A stretch of 63,539 bases of DNA, filler included, from Rhabdomonas costata (lineage: Eukaryota), in assembly GCA_019059605.1 (NCBI GenBank). It is 29 parts of 29 records of this genome, joined end to end, with 100 filler letters (N's around TTAATTAATTAA, not from the genome) between each part and the next. Parts side by side here need not be neighbours in the genome. Positions count along the whole stretch, not along the records: positions 35,128 to 37,221 come from JAHMHO010005702.1; positions 37,322 to 39,415 come from JAHMHO010005703.1; positions 39,516 to 41,608 come from JAHMHO010005704.1; positions 41,709 to 43,803 come from JAHMHO010005705.1; positions 43,904 to 45,995 come from JAHMHO010005706.1; positions 46,096 to 48,186 come from JAHMHO010005707.1; positions 48,287 to 50,379 come from JAHMHO010005708.1; 22 more parts are not named here. One strand, written 5' to 3'. The position numbers and the translations under genes are program-made. The notes under the pieces were generated by a model that saw only the letters and a list, made by a program, of their open reading frames with translations, was not told where the DNA came from and ran no database searches. This document shows positions 35,952 to 49,755 of this stretch, piece by piece. Positions within the stretch are counted from its first letter, which is position 1; each line of letters starts with the position of its first letter.

Positions 35952-38900
35952 TTCGGCTCGCGTTTAGAGCTCTAATGTTTGGAGCACGGAACTGTCAAAT
36001 AATTAGGGTGAACAGGAACTGCCCCTCGAAACCGTTTTTTCGGAAGCTCCCCTGTGCGCGGGATTCGCCAGACCAGGCAGTGCTGCAACTTCCGCTCACA
36101 GATGCATGTTAATAATGGCACAGGCCAACACAAACCCGCACTTCGAACATTCTACTCCATTAATGTTGAAACCCCGACCCGCGGTACACCTCGGATGACT
36201 CACTTACCGGCACTTCCTCTCTCCATGAGAAGAAACAAAAGGGGAGGGAGGGGGGGCCGAAAGAAAAGATCGGACGCCCCCGTCACATCTCAAGTGCAAA
36301 TGTGTGCTAAAATTATGTGCTAAAGTATTTCGTGAAAAGAAAAGAATAGCCTCTTACCTCGGCACTTACGACGGCTTGAGCAGCAAGTACCACGGCCCAG
36401 CTGCAGAGCGCCCTGCTCAAGATGCGCGCTGACGTGCCATACTGACCACATCTTCTCACACGGATTAGAGCTGATGCGAAGCACAAAGACAAACTCAAAA
36501 CAAAGGGTCCCGGAAGTCGATCAGGCCTCCCCAAAGAAGCAGCTTGGACTGCTCGTTCCCCAATATCCGTTAATAGGCACTTGTATGTGGGTGAAAAGTT
36601 GAGTTAAACGACAGAAATACTTTTTTTTTGCTTTACCATTTTACAACAACAGATCAACACCTGAGCTGGGTGAATGGCACCATAATTCTGGCCTACCCTC
36701 TTCTTTTTCCCTCCCTTATTCTAAGAAAAGGCAAAGAATGGTGGTGGCAGATCACTCGCCACCATATTTGCAGTGGTCGAAAAGTACGCCTCCCTGAAAG
36801 TCCACCCCACTCCACTCCCGCCTTCCTTGAAGCACGTCGAAGGGCAAAGCTTGCACTTCAACCCAGCATACAGAGTTGGAGCAAGAGTAGGAGGGACCAG
36901 AATGCCGTGAGCTGATTTCAAAAAATCATAATGTTCACACGCATCGAAATGAAAAAAGGACGCCTCAAAATCGATACAAGAGACGAGGTTTCCAAATGTC
37001 TTCCAAGCCATGGGCTCGAAGGACTCCCGCAATCATACACGCAGAAAACAAAAACGAAATCCCAAGAGAATTGGCTTCCTTCCTCACCCTTGCTCCAACT
37101 CTGTATGCTGGGTCGAAGGGCAAAGCTTGCACTTCAACCCAGCATACAGAGTTGGAGCAAGAGTAGGAGGGACCAGAATGCCGTGAGCTGATTTCAAAAA
37201 ATCATAATGTTCACACACAACNNNNNNNNNNNNNNNNNNNNNNNNNNNNNNNNNNNNNNNNNNNNTTAATTAATTAANNNNNNNNNNNNNNNNNNNNNNN
37301 NNNNNNNNNNNNNNNNNNNNNTGTGTGGGTAAACAACGGGGAATCAGAGAATAAATTTTCAAAATGATAAGTTTTGTCACGTTCTCGACTTGGGTGTGGT
37401 GCTGGATGCGTGGCCAGTAGCAGTTGAGAATTTTGGAGTAGAAGCTGAAAACTGCTGCCGTAAAAAAAACGCCTGCGGCTTGGCTATGAGCTTGTGTAAA
37501 AGAAAAGCATCAGAGTTGGTCTAAGCGATGGCATTGCCGCGTGTTGGCATGTGTTTATGTCATACAATTGCGCCAATAATTGGCAATGAAATTGCAAGTT
37601 GGAAACAACCGCCGTGCCAGCTGATCGGTGTTTGTATAATGTTACCAGCTACAGCCTTTATGTTTGGAAAAACGTAGTAGAAGTAGAGCACTGGGTTTGG
37701 TGCCACATGTCGCGGCCAGGTTTGCAGCCTCACGACTTATGCTTCACCAGGCGTATAACTCTGGCTTCACTGGTCTCGTTGTTCAGCAGTATCACTACTA
37801 TGCACTTACATTGTGTGTCAACACGACCTTGCGTCCGATAGCAGGAGTACAAGCTAAGAATTGGAAGTGGTTACGAGCTTTGCAAGGAAACCTGGTGACT
37901 TAACTTCTGCGGGAGCGCTGCCGCGATCTCTGCGTATTCAGCGTGGCTTTTCTGGTGCAGCTTTTGATTGGAATTACGCAAAAGTACAGCCAGAAGCAAA
38001 AGTACATCCACACCGCAGTTCACCACAAAAGCGGCAACAGCTGCATTAAAAAACTATACCACACTCTGAATTTTGAGCCGGCATTTCCGTCTCCAAAATT
38101 TGCCACATTCAACCTTAATAACAAAAAGACAAAGTAATAAAAACTGGTCCAAAAAACGTTCAAAAACCATCCTTCAATAAATTCGATTTTCAGTGCTATT
38201 TTCCAAACCTGCGTCATGCAACGTGCCTTCGTGGCTTTCAACTTTCTTCTTTTCGTTTTTAATTGGAGCTAATTTAGTACTTTGGCGGCATTCTTGTTTC
38301 CTCGGCTCCGCCTTGGACTCCCGCTGTCCCTCTGCTCTTCAATCTCTGAGTTTCGATCCTGTGATGTAGCCGCTGGCCGGTGCTTCGCGGCCTGAACCAG
38401 CACCCTGTCTGCTTCTACTCGTTCCGTTGCATGTCTTGCCTTCCGTTGTGGTTCCATGGCTCCACACGCAATCATTTTTGAAAAATGCCCGCCACTGCTT
38501 GTCCTCTAAGCTCACAGCTTAAAGCGGAGTTCTCAAGCCATGTTCTTAGCGTTTTTTTCAGCGCTCTACAGCGCTTGCATTTCCAACGCTCACCTGCTGC
38601 GCACTTTTCTCCTCTCAGATGTCAAATTCTTAGATGGTCTTATGTGTATTTTCGGCAGTTTTACAACGTCAACGCTTATGCTCACAACTTGAGAATAATT
38701 GCTAAATTCAGATTCAGATTCAGAGTTAATTTTTCATATTTCATTTGCCTTTCTTAAACGCATGCTCTTATGATTCTGTTCTGCTGCCGTTTTTCACCTT
38801 CAGCGCTTCTGCTCCCAAATGGAAATTCCTCTAAACGCTCTCACAGTATCTGCAAAAGCTCAGATCTGTGGTGGTCAGCAAGTGCAACAGTTGCTTTCTA

Positions 38901-39878
38901 CAAAACCACTGATCCTGTAGGGAAACACATGAAATAAACTCTACCGCCCATTTGTCATTCTAAACAAAATTGACGTCACAAACATCTTTTGTTTTCAAAC
39001 GCAAGACATGTATTAAGCCGTTACACTTTCCTTGATGTGGCGTAGAAGTATTCCACACGGAGAGGCCTCTCCTTCTGTTCACTCAATAAAAACGTATAAC
39101 ACAATGCAAGTATCAATTGCTGCCACAGCACTACTGTATTAATAACAAAGCAATAGGAGAGGTGCAACGTGGTACGCTGCAAAACCAAAAGTTACAAAAC
39201 AATGCTATTAATTTTTGATACATTTCACAAAATAATGTCTCCGACTTCACCAGAAGAAACTGAAACTGAAAAAACACAAAATTCATATCCAAAGGTGTTC
39301 TGCAACAAACAAACAGTATAATGATTAGCGAAAATATGGGAAGGTGAAACAAGAAGATTTGTTTCATTTTGGCAGCGTAAAGTGAAGCACTGCAGATAAT
39401 GACACCAACCCCCACNNNNNNNNNNNNNNNNNNNNNNNNNNNNNNNNNNNNNNNNNNNNTTAATTAATTAANNNNNNNNNNNNNNNNNNNNNNNNNNNNN
39501 NNNNNNNNNNNNNNNGAGAGAAAAGTAACTTCAATGGGATGCGGTTGAACGAATGAGGGGGAAGAAAGAAAGTTGGAGGCAGGAGCGACGTTATTGTGAA
39601 AAACGGCGTGCGTGCTTGTAAGTGTAGAATATGTTTAGAAGAAGATGTTTAGAGGCAGGTTTCCTTTTCGTACGGCTTTCACCTCACCTAAGAAAAGCAG
39701 AATACTTCAGGGTACCAAACCTGCAGAGTGAAAACGCAGGAATGTCATATCGAAAGAAAGGCAGTTCGGTTTTCTGCATTGCTCGCAGTTCTATAAAGTT
39801 CTAACATCGTGCTTCCAGTAAGACAAACCGTGCTTAAATCGGGGGGAGAAAGCGGCAAAGGGGATGTGAGCAGTGTGG

Positions 39879-39911
39879 GCTGTCAAGCTGTCAAGCTGTC
39901 AAGCTGTCAAG
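39879..39911. repeat. (GCTGTCAA)x4 tandem repeat
   Basis: Directly visible. Confidence 0.9.
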
Positions 39912-40093
39912 AGTAGAAAAGGGGAAGGCCGTGAAAGTTAGGGGATTTGGAGGACTGGACGAATGTGGAGACTCGGCAGGGGACAAAACCATCTGACTTT
40001 TCTTTTTGTAAATCTGAACTAAAGCTCAGCTATCTTCCTTCACCGTTTTTGGCTCCCGGCCCTCTGCCGACCCGCTGCACAGCGGCCAACGAC

Positions 40094-40517
40094 ATGACGG
40101 ACGTGATGGAAAGGATGCAAGGCCTGCGCCCCTCTCGTGACCTTCGGTGCGAAGACATGGATAGCGTCGAGACGAACTCCTCTGGAGGGCTCAACGGCAG
40201 GCTCTCCTGCGCCGCGGTCGTCCCCATTCTCGGCCCGAACCCCACAGAGCTCACCTGCTCCTCCGCGGCTTCGGAGGAAACCACTCGAGCACTGCACCAC
40301 CCGTGCAGCAGCAGTAGCAGCAGTGCCTGCAATTCGGCACGTGAGGTGCCCATGGAGGTGCGCGAGGAGGGGCAGGACGTGGTGCATCCCGTGGCCCCCT
40401 CCAGGGCGGCCGCCGAGAGCGAGAATGTGGGCACAAAGTTCCTGCAGTGTGTCACTGCCCTGGTGGAGATGGGGTTCAGCCAGGCCCAGGCCCGCGGGGC
40501 CCTGCTAAAGGCCGGAG
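40094..40517 (+). CDS. Exon of a UBA-domain protein
   Basis: VTALVEMGFSQAQARGALLKAGG matches the UBA 'L..MGF....A..AL' signature; donor GGA G|gtctgc. Start uncertain. Confidence 0.8.
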
Positions 40518-41063
40518 GTCTGCTCGGTGGTGGTGGGTATGGTATGCCGAAATGCATCTGGGTCGTTTAGTGTTTCGGAGGATGCCGTTCTACCGGTTTG
40601 TTGTGAATTGACGGAAATGGCTACTCTCTTATTGTGAAGTGCTCTGTTTGCCGCGAGTTAGGGAAGGGGACACCTGTGGGAATAGTAATGCTCGCCGGTC
40701 CTCTGTATGATGACCTCTGTCCGATTTTCGTGTTGGGGATGCCGCTGTCTTTTGACGCTGGTTCTGCTTCTTTGTTGGTGATGATGACTTCAGGAAGTAT
40801 GGAGGTTGCAGTGGCTCGCCTGTGCTCCCGGGAGGAACCCATCTCGGAGCGCCGTGGTGAGGCGTGGCCGCTAACCAGCGGGGGAAGGGTCGACCAGGCC
40901 GGTGGATTTGGCGGGAGATTTGTGCGCGGAGACAATGCCCCGGTTTGACCTCCGCCCCCACCACGCTTCAACCGCCGCTTCCTGCTCCGCAGCCGGAAAC
41001 GCTTCGCCGTAGAGCGAAGGTGGGGGTGGCGGAGTTATGACCCCGAAATTCAACTCTTCGCAT

Positions 41064-41608
41064 TTACGGGCTACGGTCTTTGTATGGAGTTTGACACTGC
41101 CGATTTACACACACACACACACACACAAACACACACACCCCTTCCGCTTTTTTTAGACCGCTGGAAGTCTTTCTCTTCGTTCTGTGTTCCATTTCTTTGT
41201 TTTGTTTTCTGAAGGACTGGTCTGGGGGCGGATGGGGCCCGAACTCGGGGGGCTGGGCCAGCTCCACTTCCACGTCTACCTCGTCCTCCTCTGCTGCTGG
41301 AACTTGTTCCTCCTCCTCGTCTTCCCAACCTTACTCTGCCGCCTGCGATGGCCCATCTTATTCCTCCACAACCCCGCCACCTGGGCTCGTCGCTTCCACC
41401 ACCACAACAACCCTCTCTTCCTCAACCACCGGCCCTTCCTTCGCCTCCTCTTCCCTGCAGCCCACTGTGATTGACTCAGTAGTCTCTGAGGTGACCAGCC
41501 CACCCCAGCCTCTGCTTCGCCTCCGAGAACCGGCCGGCCAGCCTACACCCAGCCCGCCGGCGAAATCGGGGGGCTCCAACCCCCTCCATCGTTCTCCAGA
41601 AAGACCTC
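41064..41608 (-). pseudogene. Acidic Glu/Val-rich frame interrupted by two in-frame TAA
   Basis: …EEEAKEGPVVEEERVV…GVVEE*DGPSQAAE*GWEDEEEEQVPAAEEDEVDVEVE…; stops at 41358-41360 and 41331-41333. Confidence 0.4.
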
Positions 41609-43256
41609 NNNNNNNNNNNNNNNNNNNNNNNNNNNNNNNNNNNNNNNNNNNNTTAATTAATTAANNNNNNNNNNNNNNNNNNNNNNNNNNNNNNNNNNNN
41701 NNNNNNNNTGTGGTTTTTTTATCCGGATCATTTGCTCCGAACTTGCCCGGGTGTTCTCTGGGCACCAAGGGCCGATCTTGGTGTATCCGCCGGGGTTGCC
41801 CGTGATGTGCCTTGAATGCCGGGCTTTGCCGATTTGGTGCAACCTCAAGGTTTGTCCAGGGGTTGGGTGTTGTGTGGGAGGGGTGTGGCGACCATGTCCG
41901 CTTCCTTCCTTGGGGTTGGAAAAACTGCTGGGCCCGGGGTGGTTTTGTTTGCCGGAGTTGGAAGGGCCCGAACGCCGGGGCCCGCTTTGTGATCTAGGTG
42001 GCTCGGTGGCGTGGGTGTGATCGAACACCTGTGAGTGTGCAATTTCCAGGTGCCGCTTTTCTTTTCCCCTTCCACACCCTTCCTTGATCTTCTTGATCTC
42101 CTTGCTTGTCGGCGGCCTTTTTCTTGATGGGCTGCTTCGTCCCGCCAGCCGGCGGTCCATCCGAATACAAACTCATTTCTCTTTCCTTCCGGCGGGCCCA
42201 TATCCCACCGACGCTGTTCCAGGCACACCGCGACCGGAGGCTGTTATCTGTATGGGGCATTGTTTGCGCTTTTTTTTTGGTCGTTTAACACCCGGGGGTC
42301 CGAATTTTATCTTGTGCGTTGGCCTTTGCCATCTGTGCCGGGCATTCCCGTTGAAGCAACCGCCGTTTGTGAAAGCGAAAATCGAAAAAGCAATGCGGGC
42401 AAAAGCCGTCCGCTTGAACCGCCCCGCCCTTAGAAAAAAGAGCCAAAACCACACCAATGAAAATCTTTGAAGGAAGACGGACATCAAAGTTCAAAGCGGA
42501 GACCGCGGCAAACATCAGATTTAGACCCAAAATTCGATGCGAAACCAGGCACGGAACCCACCATTCTATCAACAACAGCGACCGATATTCAGCGTTAATA
42601 AAAATACGACCCACCCAAAAAAACATGGAAGACGGTGCCGACGGTGTGTCACAGCAATCAATATGCGACGCCGTGGGGGCAGCGTGGTCTGAACGTTCAT
42701 CCTAGACTTTGAAAGGGGAAGCGGCGAAGGAAAGGAGTCAGCTGTCAGCCCTTCTTGCCCTGGCCGAGGACAAAAGAAAAGAAGGCTGGTGATACGGGAC
42801 ACCAATTTAGTGCGCAACGGCCAAGAAGATTAATGCGGAGGGTCACGTTTTTGTTTACGCTTTTGAACATGACCGCAGAAACACACACACACACACACAC
42901 ACACACGTGAGCTACGATCCGTATGCCCCAAAATACCGCTCGAAGCCGCTTTCAATCAACCCAAGACGGAACTGTCACTAACCTGCGGTCCCTAAGCCAA
43001 AGAAGAGTACCGGCAACCCAGTAGATATCGGTCATTCGGGTACTGCTGGTATTTGCCATTGTAACATCCAGTTGTGTTTGCGAGGCTTGTGCATACTGGA
43101 ATATCTGCCTGTTGCACACTGCGTCAGTAGATGCAGATGCTCATCTCCGCCACCACATACCTCAGCGCGTCTCCTTGTAATGCGAAGCTGCCACACAGCA
43201 AGCGAGTACACAAACAGCTGTGAGTGCCACCTTCACAAAAAAAGCACTGTTTTTTC

Positions 43257-43409
43257 TCACCACCCGTCATGGAACGAGTTTCTCGAGGAAGAGCGGGAGT
43301 AGGATCCTCCCCTACCTCCGCTGGAGCCGCGCCATCTTCCTCCGCGGCGGCCACGCGAGTCATTTCCCTCAAAGTCACTTTCTCGCATCCGCAGCAGTTC
43401 CTCGGGAAC
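43257..43409 (-). CDS. Terminal exon, likely DEAD-box RNA helicase (DBP2/Ded1-type) RGG tail
   Basis: gacag|VPEELLRMRESDFEGNDSRGRRGGRWRGSSGGRGGSYSRSSSRNSFHDGW*; 'VP.EL..M' followed by an RGG tail. Confidence 0.6.
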   Translation of the reverse strand, partial: VPEELLRMRESDFEGNDSRGRRGGRWRGSSGGRGGSYSRSSSRNSFHDGW

Positions 43410-44125
43410 CTGTCAGACGAACGGTTGAACAAAATCCACATCAGCACCCACATTTACACGACAAAAGCCAAGGGAAAAACCCAGACTGATCACAGGCCTG
43501 CCTTCAAACAATACTTCCCCTTGGAGCAATATGAAAAATGCGCTACCCTCGATTCTCAACCCTCGCCGCTACTTTTAAACGGTAACTTTCAGCTTAACCA
43601 CATCAATCAAACTCAAATATCCTAGCACCACTGAGCAGAGCTCAGTCTTCGCCCCCTCGCCCCCACATCCCTGGGTGTCTCCACTGTGGTGGTCTACGTC
43701 CCGAACCCCTGAAGCCACCACACCCCATATACCATATACCATATCCGACGCCCTTTCTTTCCTCACATCTTTCGGCCCTTCCCTTTTTCAACACCACAAA
43801 CCANNNNNNNNNNNNNNNNNNNNNNNNNNNNNNNNNNNNNNNNNNNNTTAATTAATTAANNNNNNNNNNNNNNNNNNNNNNNNNNNNNNNNNNNNNNNNN
43901 NNNGGTGGTGGTGAAACACACAAGAGCAGTCCAGCGAAAGAGAGAGATGACCTTACACACCACAGACCACAGACCACGGAACCACATTCAATGGAGCGCC
44001 AACCCCAAAAGGAGTAGGACAACGAAAAGGATGACACTCACGTCAGAAAGCACGAGGCGGACAAAGGTGAAAAAGGGGACTTAACGCAGGGAAGACGAGG
44101 TAGGGGCAGGCAGGGTTGATGCCAC

Positions 44126-45077
44126 GTTGACCGTTCGCACCACGTCGTACACGGAGCCGGAGTTGCCCACAGGTACGGCGGTGAAATCGAACGTGCTGCG
44201 AGGAAAGGCAATCAAAACAACAAAAGACGAGCAGTGAGCAGCAAAGGTGCCAAATAACAAACGGGGGGGGGAACCGTAACTGGTGGTTACAATGGCAACA
44301 TTAACACTTCATTCAGTTCCCCAACCCCAGGCCACGCTCCGCCTTGGTCGCCCGCTCAACCTTCACCACACGTGACGAGTACAATCCCCTCCCCTCCCCC
44401 AAGACCCTTTGGACCCTGGAAAGACCCAAATGGAAGGAACACGGAAAATTTAGGAAGGTGGCGTGTTATGTGCGAATGACACGGGAGATCGATAGCCGCA
44501 CATCCACGTCGTTGTTTTCAATGCACCTGCACCGAATCCGACTTCCGAGCATGGAATGGGATGGGGTCGCGTTTTTTTGAGGGAGAAAAACCAAAATCAG
44601 CAGAATCAGGAGCGTGCAATGGTTTGGGCTTGTACGTAGAGTCAGGCAACTTCAACGGCTAGAATCCACATTCTACCACTCTGGTCTTGCTCAGGGAACA
44701 TGCGTGATGGTGAAGGCAACTGTGGCCCGAACCCCACCCGCACCTCCACCCTCACCTCTTCCCCAAATGAAGCCGAAGCACGGGAAACGGCTGAACGCTG
44801 GTCCTTGCACTGCCAGTCACTTCCATTTTTGGCGGCCTCTTCCCCTGCGAGGGCCAGCAGGTGTCATGGGTGAAATCAAAGGGTGCCCCATCGCGAAAGA
44901 GTCTTGTTCAGCTGCGATGCTTGATGTGACTGCTGAGAAAGGTCGCACACACATGCAGGCACACCCGGCAGGGTTGTTGGGATGGAGGTATATGTACCCC
45001 GGGAGGCTGGAGGACGGGGGCCGGGCCGCCGCGGCTGCCACCGCGCCGAAGCGCTTCAGCGGACCACCCTCTTCCCA
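44126..45077 (-). CDS. Two exons (45077-44965, 44195-44126) of an unknown protein
   Basis: Phase-2 GT-AG join gives …LPGYIYLHPNNPAG|TFDFTAVPVGNSGSVYDVVRTVN. Confidence 0.55.
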
Positions 45078-46354
45078 CTGAAACCTCCCGCCTGCCTCGG
45101 GACCCTATAACCGAAGGCGGGTGACATAGAATTGGGAGGAAACCGGTCAATCATCAAGTCCTGGTGAAGGAAGGAACCTAGGCACTCGTATTCTTCTTGA
45201 GTTCCTACCTAAAACCTTTACTGAAGGGGACTTCTGTAACGCCTCAGACCCATCCGCCACTTAAGCAACCTGACTGCAGAAAAAACCTGCCAAAATGCCT
45301 TCTTTCGAGAGAGAGAGAGAGAGGGTCTCAAAAGCAAAAAAGAGTCGAAAAGCGCTTTCAAAAGGGCGTCTTGCGCGTTTAGTGTAAACGCCTAACTGGA
45401 TGCTAATGCTGATCTTTCTGCAATGAAACGGCCGGGAGGCAGGGAAAAATATGAAGCAACCTAAAAGTAAAGAACAATTGATGTACAAGTGCGTGAGAAA
45501 TGGGGGCGCACCGAAAACATGGCGCGCTTGCTCTTCGGTTGGGCTGCTGGGCCGGAGTCTCGAGGAGAAGCTGAGCGAGGCAACCCCTTCCTCTTGCACA
45601 CAAGCACATATTTTGCTCGCAAATCAAACTGACTTTGATTTCACTGTGCGTGGAGCATTGAGACACAGGCTTGCTTTTCCTGGCTTTCAAACCATCCAAA
45701 AAAAAGCAGAAAAGCATCAAGGCTTCGTGAGGGTATCAAACCTGCAAGGTGAAAATATAGGAAACCATCCGCGTTGTTCCCTTGCGTTCCTCCTTGTAAA
45801 ATCTATATGTTTGGTGCGGACTGCAAGAACTTTTCCGGCGCAGTGCTGTGACTTTGTTCAGTTGTTCACCTGCCAATTTCCACCACCGTGTCGCAGTATG
45901 GGGATCTGCCAAGAGATCAACACTTGAAGTGATGAATCTCTATTCTTTTCGGTGTAATCACAAGAAAGTGCAGAAGCAGGAACGCACCCCAAAACNNNNN
46001 NNNNNNNNNNNNNNNNNNNNNNNNNNNNNNNNNNNNNNNTTAATTAATTAANNNNNNNNNNNNNNNNNNNNNNNNNNNNNNNNNNNNNNNNNNNNGGGTG
46101 GGGGTGGCACCGAAAGGGTTTGTGTGTGGATTTGAGGAGGTGCGACCCAGAATGTCTGGACTCGGACAGGTCGCAGCTACTAGGCTACTCTCCTCGTGGC
46201 CTGCCCTGCTTTTCTGCATCGAGATTTTTGAGAGACCATCAAGAGAGAGATACTCGAAAGCATACCTCCATGCATCCCAAATCAAGCGGTCGGTGCGGTC
46301 GATGAGACCGCAAGCGTCATCCACACAGACACACACCGTCTACCCCACAGGGTC

Positions 46355-48022
46355 TCAAAGGACCCAGTCGACTGCGGCTGGGATGGACTGAGTCGGCGGA
46401 TGACGGGAAGCTCGCCTAGGTTGTGATTATGCTCAGCGGTAAGTGTGGGAGGCCCCCCCCCCCAGCCTCTCTGTATGCTGACACCTTGGTGGGCTTCCAC
46501 TTTAGCTCACGGGCCAGAGTGGAGTTCGGAGTGAGGTGAAGGATGAAGAACTCTCGCACCGCCCGAAAGAACGAGCCCGGGCGCTGCGAGCCGTGGTCCC
46601 CAGCAACCCGAAGCGCGAGGTAGTCCCCTGCAGGGCCCAAGATAGAAGAAAACAGTGTCGGAATAGGGGGGGAGGTGACCGCAACCTGGTGCTGAACCAC
46701 CCGACCCGCCCATCCCAACTGAGTGTCAAACTGCCGAAATCAGACCAATCTTTCATCCCCAATATTCCTGGTTTGGAACTTGCTCCGTGGTTGGGTATGG
46801 TTTGGTCAAACGCTTTTGTTAATTTCGCAGTCTGTTCCACGTTGCGCTTCTATTCTGTTACCCCTCTCCAATCCTGCCACTGCAAACTCAGCATCGCTCA
46901 ATTCGGTACCTTTCGATCAGCAAAACGGAACCGTTCCCATCTTGTTTGACTTTCCTGCGTCTCAAGTCGGTAAAATCAAAAGCCACCGAGTCAGCGGTGT
47001 GGACTTGGTACCCGCAGTGTGCGGAGGTGGGGAGGCGGGGTGCACCTGCCCACACTCGAGCCAAGGCCTCGTGATGAGAGATCGAGATAAAATCATCCCC
47101 CGTCGCGTGGGCCAGCACGCAGGGCACCATACACCTCCGGGCATATTCCTCCGTGTTCAGTTGCTGCAAGAGGGCAGATGTTCGAGAAAACGCATGAGCC
47201 GTACGGTGACAGCACACGAGGAACACACATATACACACCCACAAATTCACACACTCGCACTTTCGTACAGGTCTTTTTTGCCTCTAGCGGCATTACCCGC
47301 TTCTCGGGGTAGGAATCACCCCTCTGGTGCAGGGCGGAACCACATGGCGTATTAAACCGCGATTCTAGGGACCCCCAACCCACTGCGCTTGCCCAGTCTG
47401 TCTCTCTTCGACTCAACTTCTGCCTGGGATCCTTAGGTCAATTTCTTCATACCACGAAGAGCCCCAATCGTGGCGCCGTCCCTGGCGCTCTCCGTGGCGC
47501 TCTTCGCCAAAGCACGGGACTTCGGGTCCTTTTAGAGCTTATCTGCTGCTGGCTTTCCGCTTTCGCAGATCTCGAACACTCACGCACGCACGCACGCACG
47601 CACCCCACCCCACCCCACATTCACAGTCAGGTGCAAAGGGAAGGTACGGGTACTGTCTAACGCGCTGGTCTCGCTCAGGCACGATAGTGAAGGTACCAAT
47701 GGCCCCACCCAATCATGACTTCCCTTGTGAAAAATTGGGGCCAGCAGGAGCGTGGTTGGGGACAAGGGTTGCATCAGCACACGATAGACCGGAGTCTCGT
47801 TCAGTAGCGAACGTACACATTCCACTGTGAACAGTCTCACACATACACACATGCGCGCGCGCGCGCAAACACACACACACATACATACATACACACACAC
47901 ACACACACCCGGATGTCGAAGTGAGCGCGCTGCTGGATTCCTCTGCGGATCTGCCCAGCCGCCAGGCTGACCAGGCCCTCCGGGATCCACTTCTTTCGTG
48001 ACTTCACCAGGTCAACCATAAC
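46355..48022 (-). CDS. Alpha/beta hydrolase (YqkD/ABHD-like) C-terminal half, exons 48022-47909, 47163-47046, 46627-46485, 46387-46355
   Basis: Phase-consistent exons giving IRRGIQQRAHFDIR…VPCVLAHATGDDFISISHH…AG…GDHGSQR, which supplies the catalytic Asp and His motifs. Confidence 0.88.
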
Positions 48023-48286
48023 CTGTGAAGCCGGTGGCAGAAGGAAGCTGGGGGAAGTTGGAAGGAAATAGGGCTAGTAGGGGGCAGCGTCCCAAACCGC
48101 ACGTTGCCACACAGGAAACAAACTTACTGAATGCACACCAACAGACGGAAACGTACATTCAGAAATATAAATAGGCCCCCAACCACNNNNNNNNNNNNNN
48201 NNNNNNNNNNNNNNNNNNNNNNNNNNNNNNTTAATTAATTAANNNNNNNNNNNNNNNNNNNNNNNNNNNNNNNNNNNNNNNNNNNN

Positions 48287-49755
48287 GTTTGTTTGTGCTA
48301 CTCTCCGGGGTGGGTCTCCGCGGTGGACTGGGCGCGGCGCCGCGGGCAGGCCTCCCCCACGAAGCAGCCGCAGATCACCATGCCCTCCCCGAGCCCCAAC
48401 AGCAGCCCCTGAGGGACATTAACGAACGGTGTGTTTCGGCGTACCGCTCTCCGCTTGCAATGCGGTGTATGTGTGGGCAGGTGTGAGGGGCATCAAGCAA
48501 CGGTATGTGCTTGTTTATTTTTTTTCCGATGCGGCCGTGTCGCAGGCCCGCATTCCTCCCGAGGGCTATTTGTTTTGCGGGATTGCGGGACCACTGCCGC
48601 AGACGCAAGCAAACCTTTGCTGAGGGGAGGGTGATGGCTAGGAGGTTCCGCGTTGGGAGGTTCTGCTCCACGTTGTGAAGAGGGAAGGTCATGTGGACCA
48701 AAACTATCCATGAGGGCAAAATCTTGGCTTAAAAACCACATTATTTTGCATTGCTCTTCATTTTTATTTGCATTTTTTTGCATCCCTTTTTTTTGTGTCG
48801 GCCGGTTGCATGATTTGTCCCCACTCCCCTGCCAAACGAAAATGATTCTTCAAATTGGCTGCAACAGTGAAGTAAGGACGAACCGGTTTTTGTTGTGTGT
48901 TGTGTGTTGCGTTCCCCTTGAAAAGTGGTACGGTGCGTTTAATTGAAAGAATTTGTATACTGAAGTGTACTTCAAGTTCGGACTAGAAACGGCAATAGTT
49001 TGTAGCATGAAATGCGAATGGAGCCAACTCATTCACGTAATGGGGAAACTGTATGCGAGAAGTCAGATGAGGGATGAAGCCAAAGCACACCTGGGTTCTT
49101 TTGTGCATACGGCATGTAGAGTTGAAATTTTGTTTACGTTTACGACGATGAATAGATGTTGTAATTGGGGTTGTGGTGAAAGATTGTTTTTAAAATTTTT
49201 GAGTGTGGAAGTATAAGAAGAAAATTATGGTCTCAAGTTTGGTTGCACGAAAAGTATCCCAATGAAATGAAAATTTTGCACTGTTCGGGACACCATAGGC
49301 GCGAAAATATGTTTTAGTAAATGGCAATTGATGCTCTAACATCAATTATTTTCAAAGGAAAATTGGAATTCATAGATATATATCTTTCTCAATTTTATCC
49401 TTGTCTCCTTCAACTGACCATCTGTTTGTTTGGATTCTGGTCATTTCTTAACATATGTCAAATAGCACAGCGGTGATTCGCACGGAAACGATTCGAACGC
49501 TCGCTGATGACACAAAGACCTCCCGAACAACGGTGCATGAAGTGGGGGTGGGTACAGTGGGGGCCGTGTTCGGGAGGGTGCGCACAACCACCAATATGTA
49601 GACATCTTCACCCATGTTTTTGGATAGAGGCTTTTCGCAACTCGAAAAGTCCATGCTAGTTGTTTTTTTGCGCAGGGGCCGGCTTGACTCTGTCTCATCT
49701 TCGATGGCCTTGGTGACTGCGACGTTCAACAGATGCTCTGGGATGGACTTATAGC
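48287..49755 (+). CDS. Probable 3' exons of an unknown protein (~48287-48428, 48603-48659, 49676-49755)
   Basis: Phase-consistent GT-AG joins: …PLRDINER|RKQTFAEGRVMARRFRVGR|GRLDSV…GMDL*. Boundaries approximate. Confidence 0.4.

Noticed and set aside
36836-37221. ~105-bp direct repeat plus a long hairpin
   Set aside because: It lies at the contig end and is centred on a small native palindrome (gaagggcaaagcttgcacttc), with a degraded outer arm; best explained as a template-switch chimera.
38020-38900. Stop-riddled E/R/K/A-rich frame on the minus strand
   Set aside because: It may be a decayed coding sequence, but I recognise no motif and cannot support a call.
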